Assembly: GCA_964432885.1 (NCBI GenBank) | Contig: CAYSPG010000012.1 | Location: 25,220-89,219, forward strand | Direction: 5' to 3' | DNA: 64,000 nt | Source: an uncultured Flavobacteriaceae bacterium | GTDB lineage: Bacteria > Bacteroidota > Bacteroidia > AKYH767-A > OLB10 | Part shown: piece after piece, positions 1 through 10,600 of the stretch | How the letters are laid out: each line of letters starts with the position of its first letter | How positions within the stretch are numbered: the stretch's first letter is position 1 | Translations under genes and position numbers: made by a program | The notes under the pieces: generated by a model | The model's input: the letters and a program-made list of their open reading frames with translations, nothing else | What the model was told of the DNA's origin: nothing | Databases searched by the model: none

Positions 1-84
1 TAATTCCATGCAGCGTTTGCAAGTCGCTTCGTTTGGTTTCAGGCTGACCGGCAATGTATGCCTTAAGCTGTTTTTGTATGTTCA
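1..84 (-). CDS. N-terminal fragment of a gene that continues past the window edge (MNIQKQLKAYIAGQPETKRSDLQTLHGI...); function not assignable
   Basis: ATG read as CAT at 82-84 on the + strand with an open frame to position 1; only 28 codons are visible. Confidence 0.3.
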
Positions 85-170
85 TATAAAACCAATTAAT
101 TAATCCTTAGCATACTTATATCCGTAGTGTGGGCTGCCCAATAAACTTAGCCCCTGCAGTTTACCAAAGG

Positions 171-3100
171 CTATTTTACTAAATTAACTCTTCCGTTATT
201 ACTATGCCTGCCGCCAAACTTATCAACGGTGGAAATAACATATACATAAACGCCCTGCGGCAACACGCTGCCTGTATTGTTTAAAGCGCCATTCCAAAAA
301 AATGGATATCCCTTTGACGAAAAAACCTGTTGCCCCCAGCGGTTATAAATGGCAATGTTTGCATCCACAATGTTGGTACCGTAAACTGTAAAGGTTTCGT
401 TTTTGCCATCGCCATCGGGGCTAAAGGCATTGGGGGCATAAAAGCTGTAATTATCCGTAACATTTATTTCGGCTATGGCCGAATCGTAGCAAAAGTTGTT
501 TGATGCCGTAAGCATTACCCTGCTTATTCCAATAGTGGCATAGGCATGCCATGGATTTTGCAGTTGCGAGGTGGAGCCATCGCCAAAGCTCCATCTGTAA
601 AGCCATGCATAGGTGCTTTGATTTTGAAATTCAACAAGGGCACTTAATATATTAGGGTCGGTTGGTGTAAATGTAAATTGTGCCTGTGGCTTTTCAAGCG
701 CCACCAGGGCACCAGACAACTGGTAAGTAGCGGCACATAACTGCGGGGCAGGTGTAGTTACCGTAAGGCTTACGTTGTATTGCCCGGCATGGGCGTACAC
801 ATTGCTAACAGCCGAATCGGTTGAAAAACTTCCGTTACCAAAACTCCATTGCCAAACAGAATTTGGCACGGTCAGTGTTTGGTTTGTAAAATCAACATCA
901 AATGGAACACACCCGCTATCCTGTGCAACTGTAAACATAACCTGTGGATTGGGGATTACGGCTACATTAAAACTATCGGAAGCCGATTGCGCACAGCCAT
1001 CCAAGGCAGTTAATACCAATACAGATGATGTATTAAACACAGCACTATAAACATGGTTTGAGCCAAACCCATTGCCCCAATTATATTGGTAAATGCCATT
1101 GCCACCTAATGCACTGGCAGTAAAGGCAACTCGGTTTCCTTGGCAAATGGTGGTATCGGCAATGGCAGCAACCGCCAAAGGTGGATAAACATAAACAGAA
1201 ACCGGTGCCGTATTTTTTGTACACCCATTAGCATCAGTAACTGTTAATGTATAGGATTGTGATGACAGAGGGTTAATAACAAGCGTCAGAGAATTGGCCC
1301 CTGTACTCCATAGATACGTGTATGGCATGGCACCTCCGTTAACTGTTGGCACCAGGGTTACGCTTTGATTTTTACACACTGTTTGTGTTGCAGGTGTTAC
1401 AATTTGAATGGCTGCAGGTTGACTAATTACAAATGAGGATGATACAGTGCAACCGGCACTATCTGTAACTGTTACAGAGTAGTTTCCGGGCGTTAGCGCA
1501 GTAGCCGTTGGCTGCGTTTGGCCATTACTCCACATATAAGAATAGGGAATAATGCCACCGGAAATATATACGCTGGCATCGCCATCATGGCCTCCATGGC
1601 ACAGCACATTATTAAATGATGAAGCCGAAACCACCACAGCAGTTGATGGCAGCACCACTGCATTTTGACTGGCCACACATCCATTGGCATCGGTAACAGT
1701 AACTGTATAATTTCCTGTTTGAATATTTTGTAACGATGCAGTAGTTGCTCCTCCTGTCCATGTATGCAAATAAGGAAATGTACCCCCGGTGGCAATTGCC
1801 GTTAAATTGCCATTTGCCAGTCCGCATGTTGTATGTACTATGTTTATGGATGCCACCAAAGGCACAGCAGGTTGCGAAATATAATAGGATTGGCTAACAC
1901 TGCAATTGTTTTGGTCAGAAACTACTACCGAATATGTTTTAGAAGTAAGGCCTGTAACATTGGCCGATGTTCCAACAGCAGGCGACCACTGGTAGTTTAA
2001 GCTGCCCATACCACCGGTAGTATTAAGGCTAAGACTGCCATTGCTGCCCCCAAAACAATTTACATTTTGTTGGGATATAAGATTAATTACCATTGCTGGA
2101 GGCGATGCAACAACATAATTAGCCTGTGTGGTGCATCCGGCATTGTCTGTTATGGTAATGCTATAACTACCTGCAGCAAGGTTACTTATAACATTGTTTG
2201 TGCTTCCTCCTGCCGACCAGTTGTATAAATAAGGCAAAACACCACCCGAAGCCAAAACCGAAATGCTTCCCGTTGACACTCCGGCACAAGTTAAATCCTG
2301 AACTGATGCATTTACAATATTCACAGCAGACGATGATGCAATATTGATGGAATGTACGGTGCTGCACAAATTGGCATCGGTAACAGTACATGTATAGGTT
2401 CCGGCTGCAAGTGAGTTAATGCTTGAACTCACATTTCCATTGCTCCACAAATAGCTGTAAGGCAATGTTCCACCGGATGTGCTTAATGATACGGATCCGT
2501 TTACATTGCCACATGTAGTGGCGCTGCTGCTGATTATTCCCTGCAAGGGCAAAGCGGGTTGAGATATTGTTACAGGCACCGTAGCCGAACATCCATTGGC
2601 ATCGGTAACAAGCACAGTATAGTTGTTTGCTGAAAGATTGTTTGCAATAGCGGCATTTCCGCCAACAGGGCTCCAGGTATATTGTAACAAACCGGTTCCG
2701 CCTGATGCGGCAATGACTGCGCTGCCGGTGGCCTGCCCAAAACATTTTACATGTTGAAAACTGCCAACAACGGCAGTAAGTTGAAGCGGTGTATTAATAG
2801 TTACCGGAACCGTTGCACTGCAGCCGGCATTGTCCAAAACCGTTACGGTATAATTACCGGCAGGCAAATTGTTTTTACTGCTTCCGGTTCCCATACCGCC
2901 TGTCCATGAATAGGCAATTGGCGCCACTCCCCCATTGGCATTTACAGTTGCACTACCATTTGCACTGCCATAGCAGGTAACCGTTTGTTGCAGATAATTT
3001 ACGGTAGGCTGCGGGCCTGTGGATGGGGCAATGTTAAAGTTTTGAATGTGTGTACAACTGTTTGCATCGGTAATGGTAACGGTATAAGTACCTGCCGAAA

Positions 3101-4802
3101 GCCCGGTGGCAGCTGCCCCGCTTGCACCCGTGCTCCACTGATAGGTATATACAGGTGTTCCACCACTGGCATTAATTATGCATGTGCCGTTTGCATTTCC
3201 GCACGATGTATTACCAAGGATAGGATTGGATGAAAGAGGCGCCACAGGTTCAATAACAACAATGTTGCTTAGGGTGATTACACAAGGTCCGTCAGTAACG
3301 GTTACAGTATAACTGCCACCAGGTAAGTTAGATGCAATGTTTGATACACTAACTCCTCCTGACCATTGGTATGTATAGCTACCCGAACCACCCGAAGGAT
3401 TGATGGCAAGCGAGCCGTTATTGCTACCAAAGCACGAAACATTTTGGATGGTACCCACTACAGCATTGAGCGTGTTTTGCGCTGTAACATTAAATGTTTG
3501 GCTCATTGTGCAACTGTTTGCATCGGTAACGGTAAGTGTGTAAACCCCCGCGTAAACATTGGTTATTGACTGTGTAAGAGCGCCATTTGACCATTGATAT
3601 GCATAAGGCGCAGTTCCACCACCTGCGGTAACATTAATAGCCCCTGTGGCTCCGCCACATACAGCCTGTATTACATTTTGATTTTGCAAGGCAACTGCAG
3701 CGGGTTGTGCCACTACAACAGTGGATGTTGCCGGACAACCCGAAGTGCCGGTTACAGTAACGGTGTAAGTGCCTGCAGCAAGGTTGGCAGCACTGTTGGT
3801 AGAACTTACATTAGGCATCCATTGGTACGAAAACGGGCTTGTGCCCCCTGTTACCTGTATGTTTACAGTACCTGTTAAGTCTCCATTGCATTGCACATCG
3901 GTGTGTGCCGGTGTAAGCGTTGGTGCCGATACAACCATTGGATAACTCACATTGGTGGCACTTGCATTGCCACATAAATCATTTACAGCATTTACAATGG
4001 TAAGTGTATAATTACCACCCACCAATATGGCAGGCGAAAAAGTGAGCGTAAATGTTTTATCATAAACACCTCCCAAAGCACATGCCGCTGCCGAAACACC
4101 TGTAATGGTATAGGGTCCGCCAGGACCGGTTAATGTAAAATCAGAAGGTTGCACCGATGAGCACGTTACGTTTTCATAAAATGTAACATCCACTGTACTG
4201 GTGCCGCAGGTAAGCGCGGGCAAAACACTTACCGAGGGTGGATAAATATCAAATATACTTCCTGTTGAAGATGTAAAATCAATGGAGTAACCAAATTGAG
4301 TTGAAGAAAAATTGCTTACGTTAATTACAAAAGTTTGCCCGGGAAGCACAGGAATTACAGGGCCGTTTTGCGCTCCGCAGGGGCCGGTGGTGTTTCCATT
4401 AGGGCCTGTGGTACCTCCACACCCTATGTTAGGCGAGTAATTGCACCCCACCTCAAGCGAAGGATTATTGTATATCTGCGAGCAGTTGGCATTGGTTAAA
4501 TTATACACTGCCCAGTCGTAATCATCATTGGGGTCGTTAGGGGTAATGGTAAAGCTAAGGTTACCTGCAAACTGCGTGGTAAATGTGTACCACACATCAT
4601 TTATCTCGCCCTGCAGCAGGCACGATGTACCCGGGTTAATTTCATTAGGAATATTTCCAATTCCTGAATACGAAACCACTGTTGAGTAAACCTGCTGGCA
4701 GATAGGAATTGCATTAGGACAGTCCTGGCTGGTAGGTGCCTGGCCTCTGCACAAAAAAATAAGTAAGGTAAATACCGATAGTAAAAATATCCGCACCCGC
4801 AA
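171..4802 (-). CDS. Very large secreted adhesin with PKD/Ig-like and SprB-type repeats and a T9SS type B (gliding motility-associated) C-terminal sorting domain
   Basis: 1543-aa ORF with an N-terminal signal peptide (MRVRIFLLSVFTLLIFLCRGQA). It carries more than 12 repeated ~75-90 aa modules with conserved C..G/Y.WS.G motifs typical of SprB repeats. The C-terminus (NAFSPDGDGKNETF...YNRWGQQVF...GVYVYV) matches the type B T9SS C-terminal domain. Confidence 0.8.
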   Translation of the reverse strand: MRVRIFLLSVFTLLIFLCRGQAPTSQDCPNAIPICQQVYSTVVSYSGIGNIPNEINPGTSCLLQGEINDVWYTFTTQFAGNLSFTITPNDPNDDYDWAVYNLTNANCSQIYNNPSLEVGCNYSPNIGCGGTTGPNGNTTGPCGAQNGPVIPVLPGQTFVINVSNFSSTQFGYSIDFTSSTGSIFDIYPPSVSVLPALTCGTSTVDVTFYENVTCSSVQPSDFTLTGPGGPYTITGVSAAACALGGVYDKTFTLTFSPAILVGGNYTLTIVNAVNDLCGNASATNVSYPMVVSAPTLTPAHTDVQCNGDLTGTVNIQVTGGTSPFSYQWMPNVSSTNSAANLAAGTYTVTVTGTSGCPATSTVVVAQPAAVALQNQNVIQAVCGGATGAINVTAGGGTAPYAYQWSNGALTQSITNVYAGVYTLTVTDANSCTMSQTFNVTAQNTLNAVVGTIQNVSCFGSNNGSLAINPSGGSGSYTYQWSGGVSVSNIASNLPGGSYTVTVTDGPCVITLSNIVVIEPVAPLSSNPILGNTSCGNANGTCIINASGGTPVYTYQWSTGASGAAATGLSAGTYTVTITDANSCTHIQNFNIAPSTGPQPTVNYLQQTVTCYGSANGSATVNANGGVAPIAYSWTGGMGTGSSKNNLPAGNYTVTVLDNAGCSATVPVTINTPLQLTAVVGSFQHVKCFGQATGSAVIAASGGTGLLQYTWSPVGGNAAIANNLSANNYTVLVTDANGCSATVPVTISQPALPLQGIISSSATTCGNVNGSVSLSTSGGTLPYSYLWSNGNVSSSINSLAAGTYTCTVTDANLCSTVHSINIASSSAVNIVNASVQDLTCAGVSTGSISVLASGGVLPYLYNWSAGGSTNNVISNLAAGSYSITITDNAGCTTQANYVVASPPAMVINLISQQNVNCFGGSNGSLSLNTTGGMGSLNYQWSPAVGTSANVTGLTSKTYSVVVSDQNNCSVSQSYYISQPAVPLVASINIVHTTCGLANGNLTAIATGGTFPYLHTWTGGATTASLQNIQTGNYTVTVTDANGCVASQNAVVLPSTAVVVSASSFNNVLCHGGHDGDASVYISGGIIPYSYMWSNGQTQPTATALTPGNYSVTVTDSAGCTVSSSFVISQPAAIQIVTPATQTVCKNQSVTLVPTVNGGAMPYTYLWSTGANSLTLVINPLSSQSYTLTVTDANGCTKNTAPVSVYVYPPLAVAAIADTTICQGNRVAFTASALGGNGIYQYNWGNGFGSNHVYSAVFNTSSVLVLTALDGCAQSASDSFNVAVIPNPQVMFTVAQDSGCVPFDVDFTNQTLTVPNSVWQWSFGNGSFSTDSAVSNVYAHAGQYNVSLTVTTPAPQLCAATYQLSGALVALEKPQAQFTFTPTDPNILSALVEFQNQSTYAWLYRWSFGDGSTSQLQNPWHAYATIGISRVMLTASNNFCYDSAIAEINVTDNYSFYAPNAFSPDGDGKNETFTVYGTNIVDANIAIYNRWGQQVFSSKGYPFFWNGALNNTGSVLPQGVYVYVISTVDKFGGRHSNNGRVNLVK

Positions 4803-4964
4803 TAAGTTTTAGATTCGTTGAGCAAATGTAAGGGTATGACATTTATCAGTCAATATGGTTTTATACCTATTGTTAGGCAAATACCATTTATTTTTTAACA
4901 ACGATTGTTAAAAACATCTCTTTTAATATTTTCGCCACCGCAAAATAAAAAACACACATATACA

Positions 4965-5906
4965 ATGAAAGTTACAGTAGTAGGCGCAGGCAATGTAGGA
5001 GCCACCTGTGCCAATGTTATCGCTGAGCGCGAACTGGCCAACGAAGTTATTTTACTGGATATTAAAGAAGGTATTGCTGAAGGCAAATCTCTTGACATGT
5101 GGCAAACCTCGCCCATTAATCTGTATGATACACGCATCAAAGGTTCTACCAATGATTATACAGCCACAGCAGGTTCGGATGTAGTGGTAATTACATCGGG
5201 GCTTCCGCGCAAACCGGGCATGAGCCGCGATGATTTGATAGCTACCAATGCCGGCATTGTTCGCTCGGTAACCGAAAACATTATCAAACATTCGCCCAAT
5301 ACAATAATAATTGTGGTAAGCAATCCGCTTGATGTAATGACATACTGCGCTTACCTTACCTCAGGTTTTGATTCTAAAAAAGTGTTTGGAATGGCTGGAA
5401 TTCTGGACACGGCCCGTTACCGTTCATTTTTAGCCGATGCATTAAACTGTTCGCCCAAAGATATTCAGGCAGTACTTATGGGCGGGCATGGCGACACCAT
5501 GGTGCCGCTGCCGCGATACACAACCGTATCAGGCATTCCTGTTACCGAACTTATTGCTAAAGATAAACTTGACGCCATTATACAACGCACAAAGGTTGGC
5601 GGTGGCGAGCTGGTTAACTTAATGGGCACATCAGCATGGTATGCACCCGGTGCCGCTGCTGCACAAATGGTTGAAGCCATTGTACGTGACCAAAAAAGAA
5701 TTTACCCTTGCTGCGCATGGCTGCAGGGCGAATATGGCTTAAAAGATATTTACCTTGGTGTGCCCGTTAAACTTGGCAAAGCCGGTATCGAAGAGATTAT
5801 TGAACTTAAACTTACTACCGATGAAAAAGATTTGCTTAGCAAGTCGGCCTTATCGGTAAAAGAAGTGATGGATGTACTTGATAAAATGCAACAACCGGTA
5901 AAATAA
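4965..5906 (+). CDS. mdh: Malate dehydrogenase
   Basis: MKVTVVGAGNVGATCA Rossmann motif and LDH/MDH family signature (GMSRDDL, catalytic region). Internal ATG chosen; the ORF-track start at 4905 adds a non-conserved 20-aa extension. Confidence 0.93.
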   Translation: MKVTVVGAGNVGATCANVIAERELANEVILLDIKEGIAEGKSLDMWQTSPINLYDTRIKGSTNDYTATAGSDVVVITSGLPRKPGMSRDDLIATNAGIVRSVTENIIKHSPNTIIIVVSNPLDVMTYCAYLTSGFDSKKVFGMAGILDTARYRSFLADALNCSPKDIQAVLMGGHGDTMVPLPRYTTVSGIPVTELIAKDKLDAIIQRTKVGGGELVNLMGTSAWYAPGAAAAQMVEAIVRDQKRIYPCCAWLQGEYGLKDIYLGVPVKLGKAGIEEIIELKLTTDEKDLLSKSALSVKEVMDVLDKMQQPVK

Positions 5907-5915
5907 TCTTCTGTT

Positions 5916-6743
5916 TTGTTCCTTTTTAATCTGATAAAAACAAAATGCTCTTTCATTACCGAAGGAGCATTTTGTTTTTTTATGCTGCCTTTATTGATTC
6001 AGGGCCAACCATGTAACTGCAATCTTAACAACAAAAATGGCGCTTTGTATTTTGCATACGGATACAACTTTGATTGGTTTAGCAAAAGCGACATTCATTT
6101 TAAAGGAAAAAACAACCAGTATGATTTCAGCATATACAATGCACGCGCAATTGACAGAGATGGAACCGACAACTTTTTTCATAACGACTTAACCATTCCC
6201 CAATATTCATTCAGGATAGGATATTTTTTTAACAACAAAAAAAACACAGGCATCGAACTTAATTACGACCATGTAAAATACGTGGTTGTGCAAAACCAGA
6301 GAGTACACATTAAAGGAAATGTAAATGGCACTTATGTGGATACCGATACCGTGCTAACCCGAAAGTTTATTGAATTTGAACACACCAATGGTGCAAATTT
6401 TTGCATTATAAACATGATGAAACGGCATACCCTTTTAAAATCAGAGAACAAACGATACTGGTTAAGTTACATAGTAAAAGGAGGAATTGGCTTTTTGTAC
6501 CCGCGCAGCGATGTTACTTTATTTGGCAAACGCAGAAACGATAAATACCATGTGGCAGGTTACGTAGCCGGTATTGACAGCGGATTAAGGTTTGACTTCT
6601 TAAAAAACTTTTTTGTTGAAACAAGTTTGAAAGGCTCCTTTGCAAACTACCTAAATGTACGGTTGCCGTATGGCGGAAAAGGGCATCATCATTTTTTTGC
6701 GCTTGAGTATATTGCCACACTGGGTTTACAGGTTGGCATGTAG
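5916..6743 (+). CDS. Hypothetical protein, possibly secreted or outer-membrane; start ambiguous (5916 or 5982)
   Basis: 275-aa ORF. The 5916 start gives a signal-peptide-like N-terminus (MFLFNLIKTKCSFITEGAFCFFMLPLL) but overlaps the mdh terminator hairpin. I do not recognise a family. Confidence 0.4.
   Translation: MFLFNLIKTKCSFITEGAFCFFMLPLLIQGQPCNCNLNNKNGALYFAYGYNFDWFSKSDIHFKGKNNQYDFSIYNARAIDRDGTDNFFHNDLTIPQYSFRIGYFFNNKKNTGIELNYDHVKYVVVQNQRVHIKGNVNGTYVDTDTVLTRKFIEFEHTNGANFCIINMMKRHTLLKSENKRYWLSYIVKGGIGFLYPRSDVTLFGKRRNDKYHVAGYVAGIDSGLRFDFLKNFFVETSLKGSFANYLNVRLPYGGKGHHHFFALEYIATLGLQVGM
5941..5981 (+). terminator. Rho-independent terminator of mdh
   Basis: Perfect 10-bp stem CAAAATGCTC / GAGCATTTTG with a 14-nt loop followed by T7. 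Confidence 0.7.
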
Positions 6744-6810
6744 CTTTAATACCCGTATTTTGCTGTACACCTTTTGCTTACTTTAGCGTCCCTTAATTTT
6801 TTTTAATTAC

Positions 6811-9072
6811 ATGAGCGATAAACAGGAAGCATTGGATTACCACTCACAAGGTCGTCCCGGAAAAATTGAAGTTATTCCATCCAAACCATATAACTCACAG
6901 CGCGATTTATCACTGGCATACTCACCCGGTGTTGCCGAGCCTTGCCTTGCTATAGATAAAAACAAAGAAGATGTTTACAAATACACAGCCAAAGGAAATT
7001 TGGTTGCCGTAATATCAAACGGAACCGCAGTGCTAGGGCTTGGAAACATTGGCCCCGAGGCTTCAAAACCCGTGATGGAAGGCAAAGGATTGCTGTTTAA
7101 AATATTTGCCGACATTGATGTGTTTGACATAGAAATTGACCAAACCAATGTAGATGACTTTGTAAAAACAGTAAAAGCTATTTCACCAACCTTTGGCGGA
7201 ATAAATTTAGAAGATATTAAAGCGCCTGAGTGTTTTGAAATTGAAAGACGCCTGAAAGAGGAATTAAGTATTCCTGTAATGCATGACGACCAGCATGGCA
7301 CTGCCATTATAACAGGTGCCGCATTAATAAATGCGCTTGAATTGGTTGATAAAAAAATTGACAAAATAAAAATTGTTGTAAACGGTGCGGGTGCATCAGC
7401 CATTTCGTGCACAAAAATTTTTGTTTCGCTTGGCGCTAAAACAGAAAACATTGTGATGCTCGACAGCACAGGTGTTATCCGCACCGACCGCGACAGCCTT
7501 GATGACAACAAAAAACTTTTTGCCACCACTCGCAAAATTGATACGCTTGAAGAAGCCATAAAAGATGCCGACTTGTTTATAGGCTTGTCAAAAGGAAATA
7601 TACTTACAAAAGAAATGTTGCAAACCATGGCAGCAAAGCCAATCGTATTTGCAATGGCCAATCCTGTTCCAGAAATTTCGTACGAAGATGCTGTTAGCGC
7701 CCGCAAAGATGTAATAATGGCAACAGGCCGCAGTGATTTTCCAAACCAGGTAAATAATGTTATCGGCTTCCCGTTTATTTTTAGGGGCGCACTGGATGTG
7801 CGAGCCACAAAAATTAACGAAGAAATGAAACTTGCAGCCGTACACTCTATTGCACAACTTGCCCGACAGCCCGTTCCTGAATTGGTAAACCTTGCTTACA
7901 ATCAAAAAAACATTCAGTTTGGTCCCGACTATATTATACCCAAGCCCCTTGACCCGCGTTTAATTTACACGGTGGCTCCGGCAGTTGCCCGTGCCGCTAT
8001 TGATTCAGGTGTTGCACAGCAAAAAATAATTAACTGGAGTGCGTATGTTGAAGATTTAAAAAAGAGATTAAATCTTGACAACAAGTTAATTCGAGTAATA
8101 GTAAACAAAGCAAAACAAAATCCTCAACGTGTAGTATTTGCCGAAGCCGATACGTACAAAATACTTAAAGCTGCATTGCAGGTAAAAGAAGAAGGTATTG
8201 CAAAACCTATATTGCTTGGGAACAAAAAACGCATTGCAAAAATTATTGAAGAAAATAATTTAAACATTGGTGATATACCTATACTTGACCCTCGCGAAGA
8301 AACCGAGACACTGAATAATTTTGGTGAATTGTTTTTTGAAAAAAGCAAACGCAAAGGATTTACGCTTTACGAGGCAAAAAAAATAATGCGCGAGCGCAAT
8401 TATTATGGAGCCATGATGGTGGAAACCGGGCAGGCCGATGCACTTATTTCAGGTTTAACCAGAAATTATGCCGATGCTATAAGGCCGGCATTAAGAATAA
8501 TTGGTGTACAGGAACATGCCACACGTGTTGCAGGCATGTATATAATGATAACCAAACAGGGTCCGCTTTTTTTTGCCGACACCACCATTAATGTAAATCC
8601 TACTACAGATGATTTGGTAGAAATAACATTACTTACAGCAAAAGCAGTTCAGCAGTTTAATATTAAACCGCGTATTTCTCTTTTGTCATTTTCAAATTTT
8701 GGAACTTCAAATGATGCCTCGGCAGTAAAGGTGCGCCAAGCTGTAGAAAAGCTTCACGAAAAATTTCCGGGCATGATAGTGGATGGTGAAATGCAGGCAA
8801 ACTTTGCCATGAACACGCAAATACTTCAAGACAATTATCCGTTTTGCGAATTGATAAACGGAGGAGTTAACACACTTATTTTTCCTAACCTTGATGCCGG
8901 AAACATTGCTTACAAACTTTTGCAGGAAATGGGAGCAGCCGAAGCCATTGGGCCTGTGCTGCTGGGAATGAATAAACCTGTACACGTATTGCAACTTGGA
9001 AGCAACGTGCGCGAAATTGTAAACATGGTTACCATTGCAGTGGTGGATGCGCAATCACGGAAGCAGAGTTGA
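6811..9072 (+). CDS. maeB: NADP-dependent malic enzyme (malic enzyme domain plus C-terminal phosphate acetyltransferase-like domain)
   Basis: 753 aa; N-terminal malic enzyme motifs (YSPGVAEPC, GLGNIGP) and a PTA-like C-terminal half. Confidence 0.93.
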   Translation: MSDKQEALDYHSQGRPGKIEVIPSKPYNSQRDLSLAYSPGVAEPCLAIDKNKEDVYKYTAKGNLVAVISNGTAVLGLGNIGPEASKPVMEGKGLLFKIFADIDVFDIEIDQTNVDDFVKTVKAISPTFGGINLEDIKAPECFEIERRLKEELSIPVMHDDQHGTAIITGAALINALELVDKKIDKIKIVVNGAGASAISCTKIFVSLGAKTENIVMLDSTGVIRTDRDSLDDNKKLFATTRKIDTLEEAIKDADLFIGLSKGNILTKEMLQTMAAKPIVFAMANPVPEISYEDAVSARKDVIMATGRSDFPNQVNNVIGFPFIFRGALDVRATKINEEMKLAAVHSIAQLARQPVPELVNLAYNQKNIQFGPDYIIPKPLDPRLIYTVAPAVARAAIDSGVAQQKIINWSAYVEDLKKRLNLDNKLIRVIVNKAKQNPQRVVFAEADTYKILKAALQVKEEGIAKPILLGNKKRIAKIIEENNLNIGDIPILDPREETETLNNFGELFFEKSKRKGFTLYEAKKIMRERNYYGAMMVETGQADALISGLTRNYADAIRPALRIIGVQEHATRVAGMYIMITKQGPLFFADTTINVNPTTDDLVEITLLTAKAVQQFNIKPRISLLSFSNFGTSNDASAVKVRQAVEKLHEKFPGMIVDGEMQANFAMNTQILQDNYPFCELINGGVNTLIFPNLDAGNIAYKLLQEMGAAEAIGPVLLGMNKPVHVLQLGSNVREIVNMVTIAVVDAQSRKQS

Positions 9073-9075
9073 TAT

Positions 9076-10596
9076 TTATTTTATCAAGACTTCTCCCGCC
9101 ATTTCATCCGGCACCTTTACTCCCAACAACGCAAGTATTGTAGGAGCCAAATCGGCAAGTTTTCCGTTTTTTATTTTGCGTTCTCCTTTGGGTTCGATTA
9201 AGAATAATGGAACAGGATTGGTTGTGTGCGCTGTGTTGGGTGTGCCGTCAGGATTTATCATCATGTCGGCATTGCCATGGTCGGAAGTTATTAAAAAGGT
9301 GTAGCCATTTTGCAAACCACACTCAACAATTTCTTTTACGCATGTGTCAACTGTTTCGGCTGCAATCATGGCTGCTTTAAAGTCACCGGTGTGGCCAACC
9401 ATATCTGTATTGGCAAAATTGAGGCATACAAAATCAACTTCCTGTTTTTTTAATTCAGGTATAAGAGCATCTTTTAATTCAAACGCACTCATAGTAGGTT
9501 GCAAATCATAGGTAGCCACTTTGGGTGAAGGAATTAAAATTCTTTTTTCGCCATCAAATTCTTTTTCGCGCCCGCCCGAAAAAAAGAAAGTAACGTGTGG
9601 ATATTTTTCAGTCTCTGCAATGCGAATTTGTTTTTTACCAACGTTTTGCAAAACTTCTCCTAACGTCATTGTTAAATTATCTTTTTGAAAAATGGTGTTT
9701 ACGTTTTTAAATTTTTCATCATACACAGTCATGGTTGTATAATGTAAATTTAATTTACGCATTTGCTGCTCAGGAAAATCAGTTTGCGTAAGCACTTGCG
9801 TAATTTCTCTGCATCGGTCAGTTCTGAAGTTGAAGCAAACTACGGCATCTCCATCTTCTATTGTCGCAACCGGTTTATTGTTTTCTGTAATGCAAATTGG
9901 TTTTATAAACTCATCGGTGACATTGTTTTTATACGAAGCTGCAATGGCATCAGCAGCATTTTCAAATTTTTCTCCTATGCCATTCACCAACAAATCATAG
10001 GCAAGCTTTACGCGCTCCCAACGTTTGTCTCGGTCCATTGCGTAGTATCTTCCAACAACTGATGCAAGTTTTCCATTGGTGGTTTTCAGATGTTCATCCA
10101 ATTCAGCAATAAAATTTTTTCCGCTGTGTGGGTCACAATCTCTGCCATCAGTAAATGCATGAACAAAAAAATTGCTCACATTATTTTTATTCGCAATGGT
10201 GCACAACGCTTTTAAGTGATTGATATGTGAGTGAACACCACCATCACTTACCAAACCAATGAAATGCAGCTTTTTATTATTCTTTTTCACATACTCAAAT
10301 GCATCAAGCAAAACGTTGTTGGTATCAATAGTGTGTTCGCGCACAGCCTTATGAATAAGTGCAAGTTCCTGATATACTACACGCCCTGCACCAATATTTA
10401 AATGCCCCACTTCAGAATTTCCCATTTGGCCATCTGGCAACCCAACATTTTCGCCCGAGGTGAGTAGTTGTGAGTGAGGATATTTTTTATAACACGAATC
10501 AATAAAAGGTGTGTTGGCTTGCGCAATAGCATTTGCAGAGGTGTTGGGAGCTTCGCCCCAACCGTCCATTATTATTAAAACTACTTTTCGATTCAT
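9076..10596 (-). CDS. gpmI: 2,3-bisphosphoglycerate-independent phosphoglycerate mutase
   Basis: 506 aa; MDGWGEAP...NSEVGHLNIGAGR metal-binding signature of iPGM. Confidence 0.93.
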   Translation of the reverse strand: MNRKVVLIIMDGWGEAPNTSANAIAQANTPFIDSCYKKYPHSQLLTSGENVGLPDGQMGNSEVGHLNIGAGRVVYQELALIHKAVREHTIDTNNVLLDAFEYVKKNNKKLHFIGLVSDGGVHSHINHLKALCTIANKNNVSNFFVHAFTDGRDCDPHSGKNFIAELDEHLKTTNGKLASVVGRYYAMDRDKRWERVKLAYDLLVNGIGEKFENAADAIAASYKNNVTDEFIKPICITENNKPVATIEDGDAVVCFNFRTDRCREITQVLTQTDFPEQQMRKLNLHYTTMTVYDEKFKNVNTIFQKDNLTMTLGEVLQNVGKKQIRIAETEKYPHVTFFFSGGREKEFDGEKRILIPSPKVATYDLQPTMSAFELKDALIPELKKQEVDFVCLNFANTDMVGHTGDFKAAMIAAETVDTCVKEIVECGLQNGYTFLITSDHGNADMMINPDGTPNTAHTTNPVPLFLIEPKGERKIKNGKLADLAPTILALLGVKVPDEMAGEVLIK

Positions 10597-10600
10597 AGAT

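Noticed and set aside
281-4825. Numerous 60-110-aa ORFs on both strands inside the 171-4802 adhesin gene (for example 775-1050 +, 2416-2745 -, 3594-3878 +)
   Set aside because: These are shadow ORFs within a long GC-skewed repetitive coding region. They are Cys/Arg-rich, have no conserved motifs, and overlap an ORF with strong domain evidence.
4905-4964. Longer N-terminal extensions offered by the ORF track (mdh 4905, PorP/SprF 21078, PpiD-like 46066, EamA 30520, ClpS 59620, HK 11662)
   Set aside because: The extensions are non-conserved, lack signal-peptide or domain logic, or overlap upstream genes. Internal ATGs reproduce the canonical family N-termini (for example MKVTVVGAG for MDH, MVKRLLL...AQDPAFSQ for PorP).
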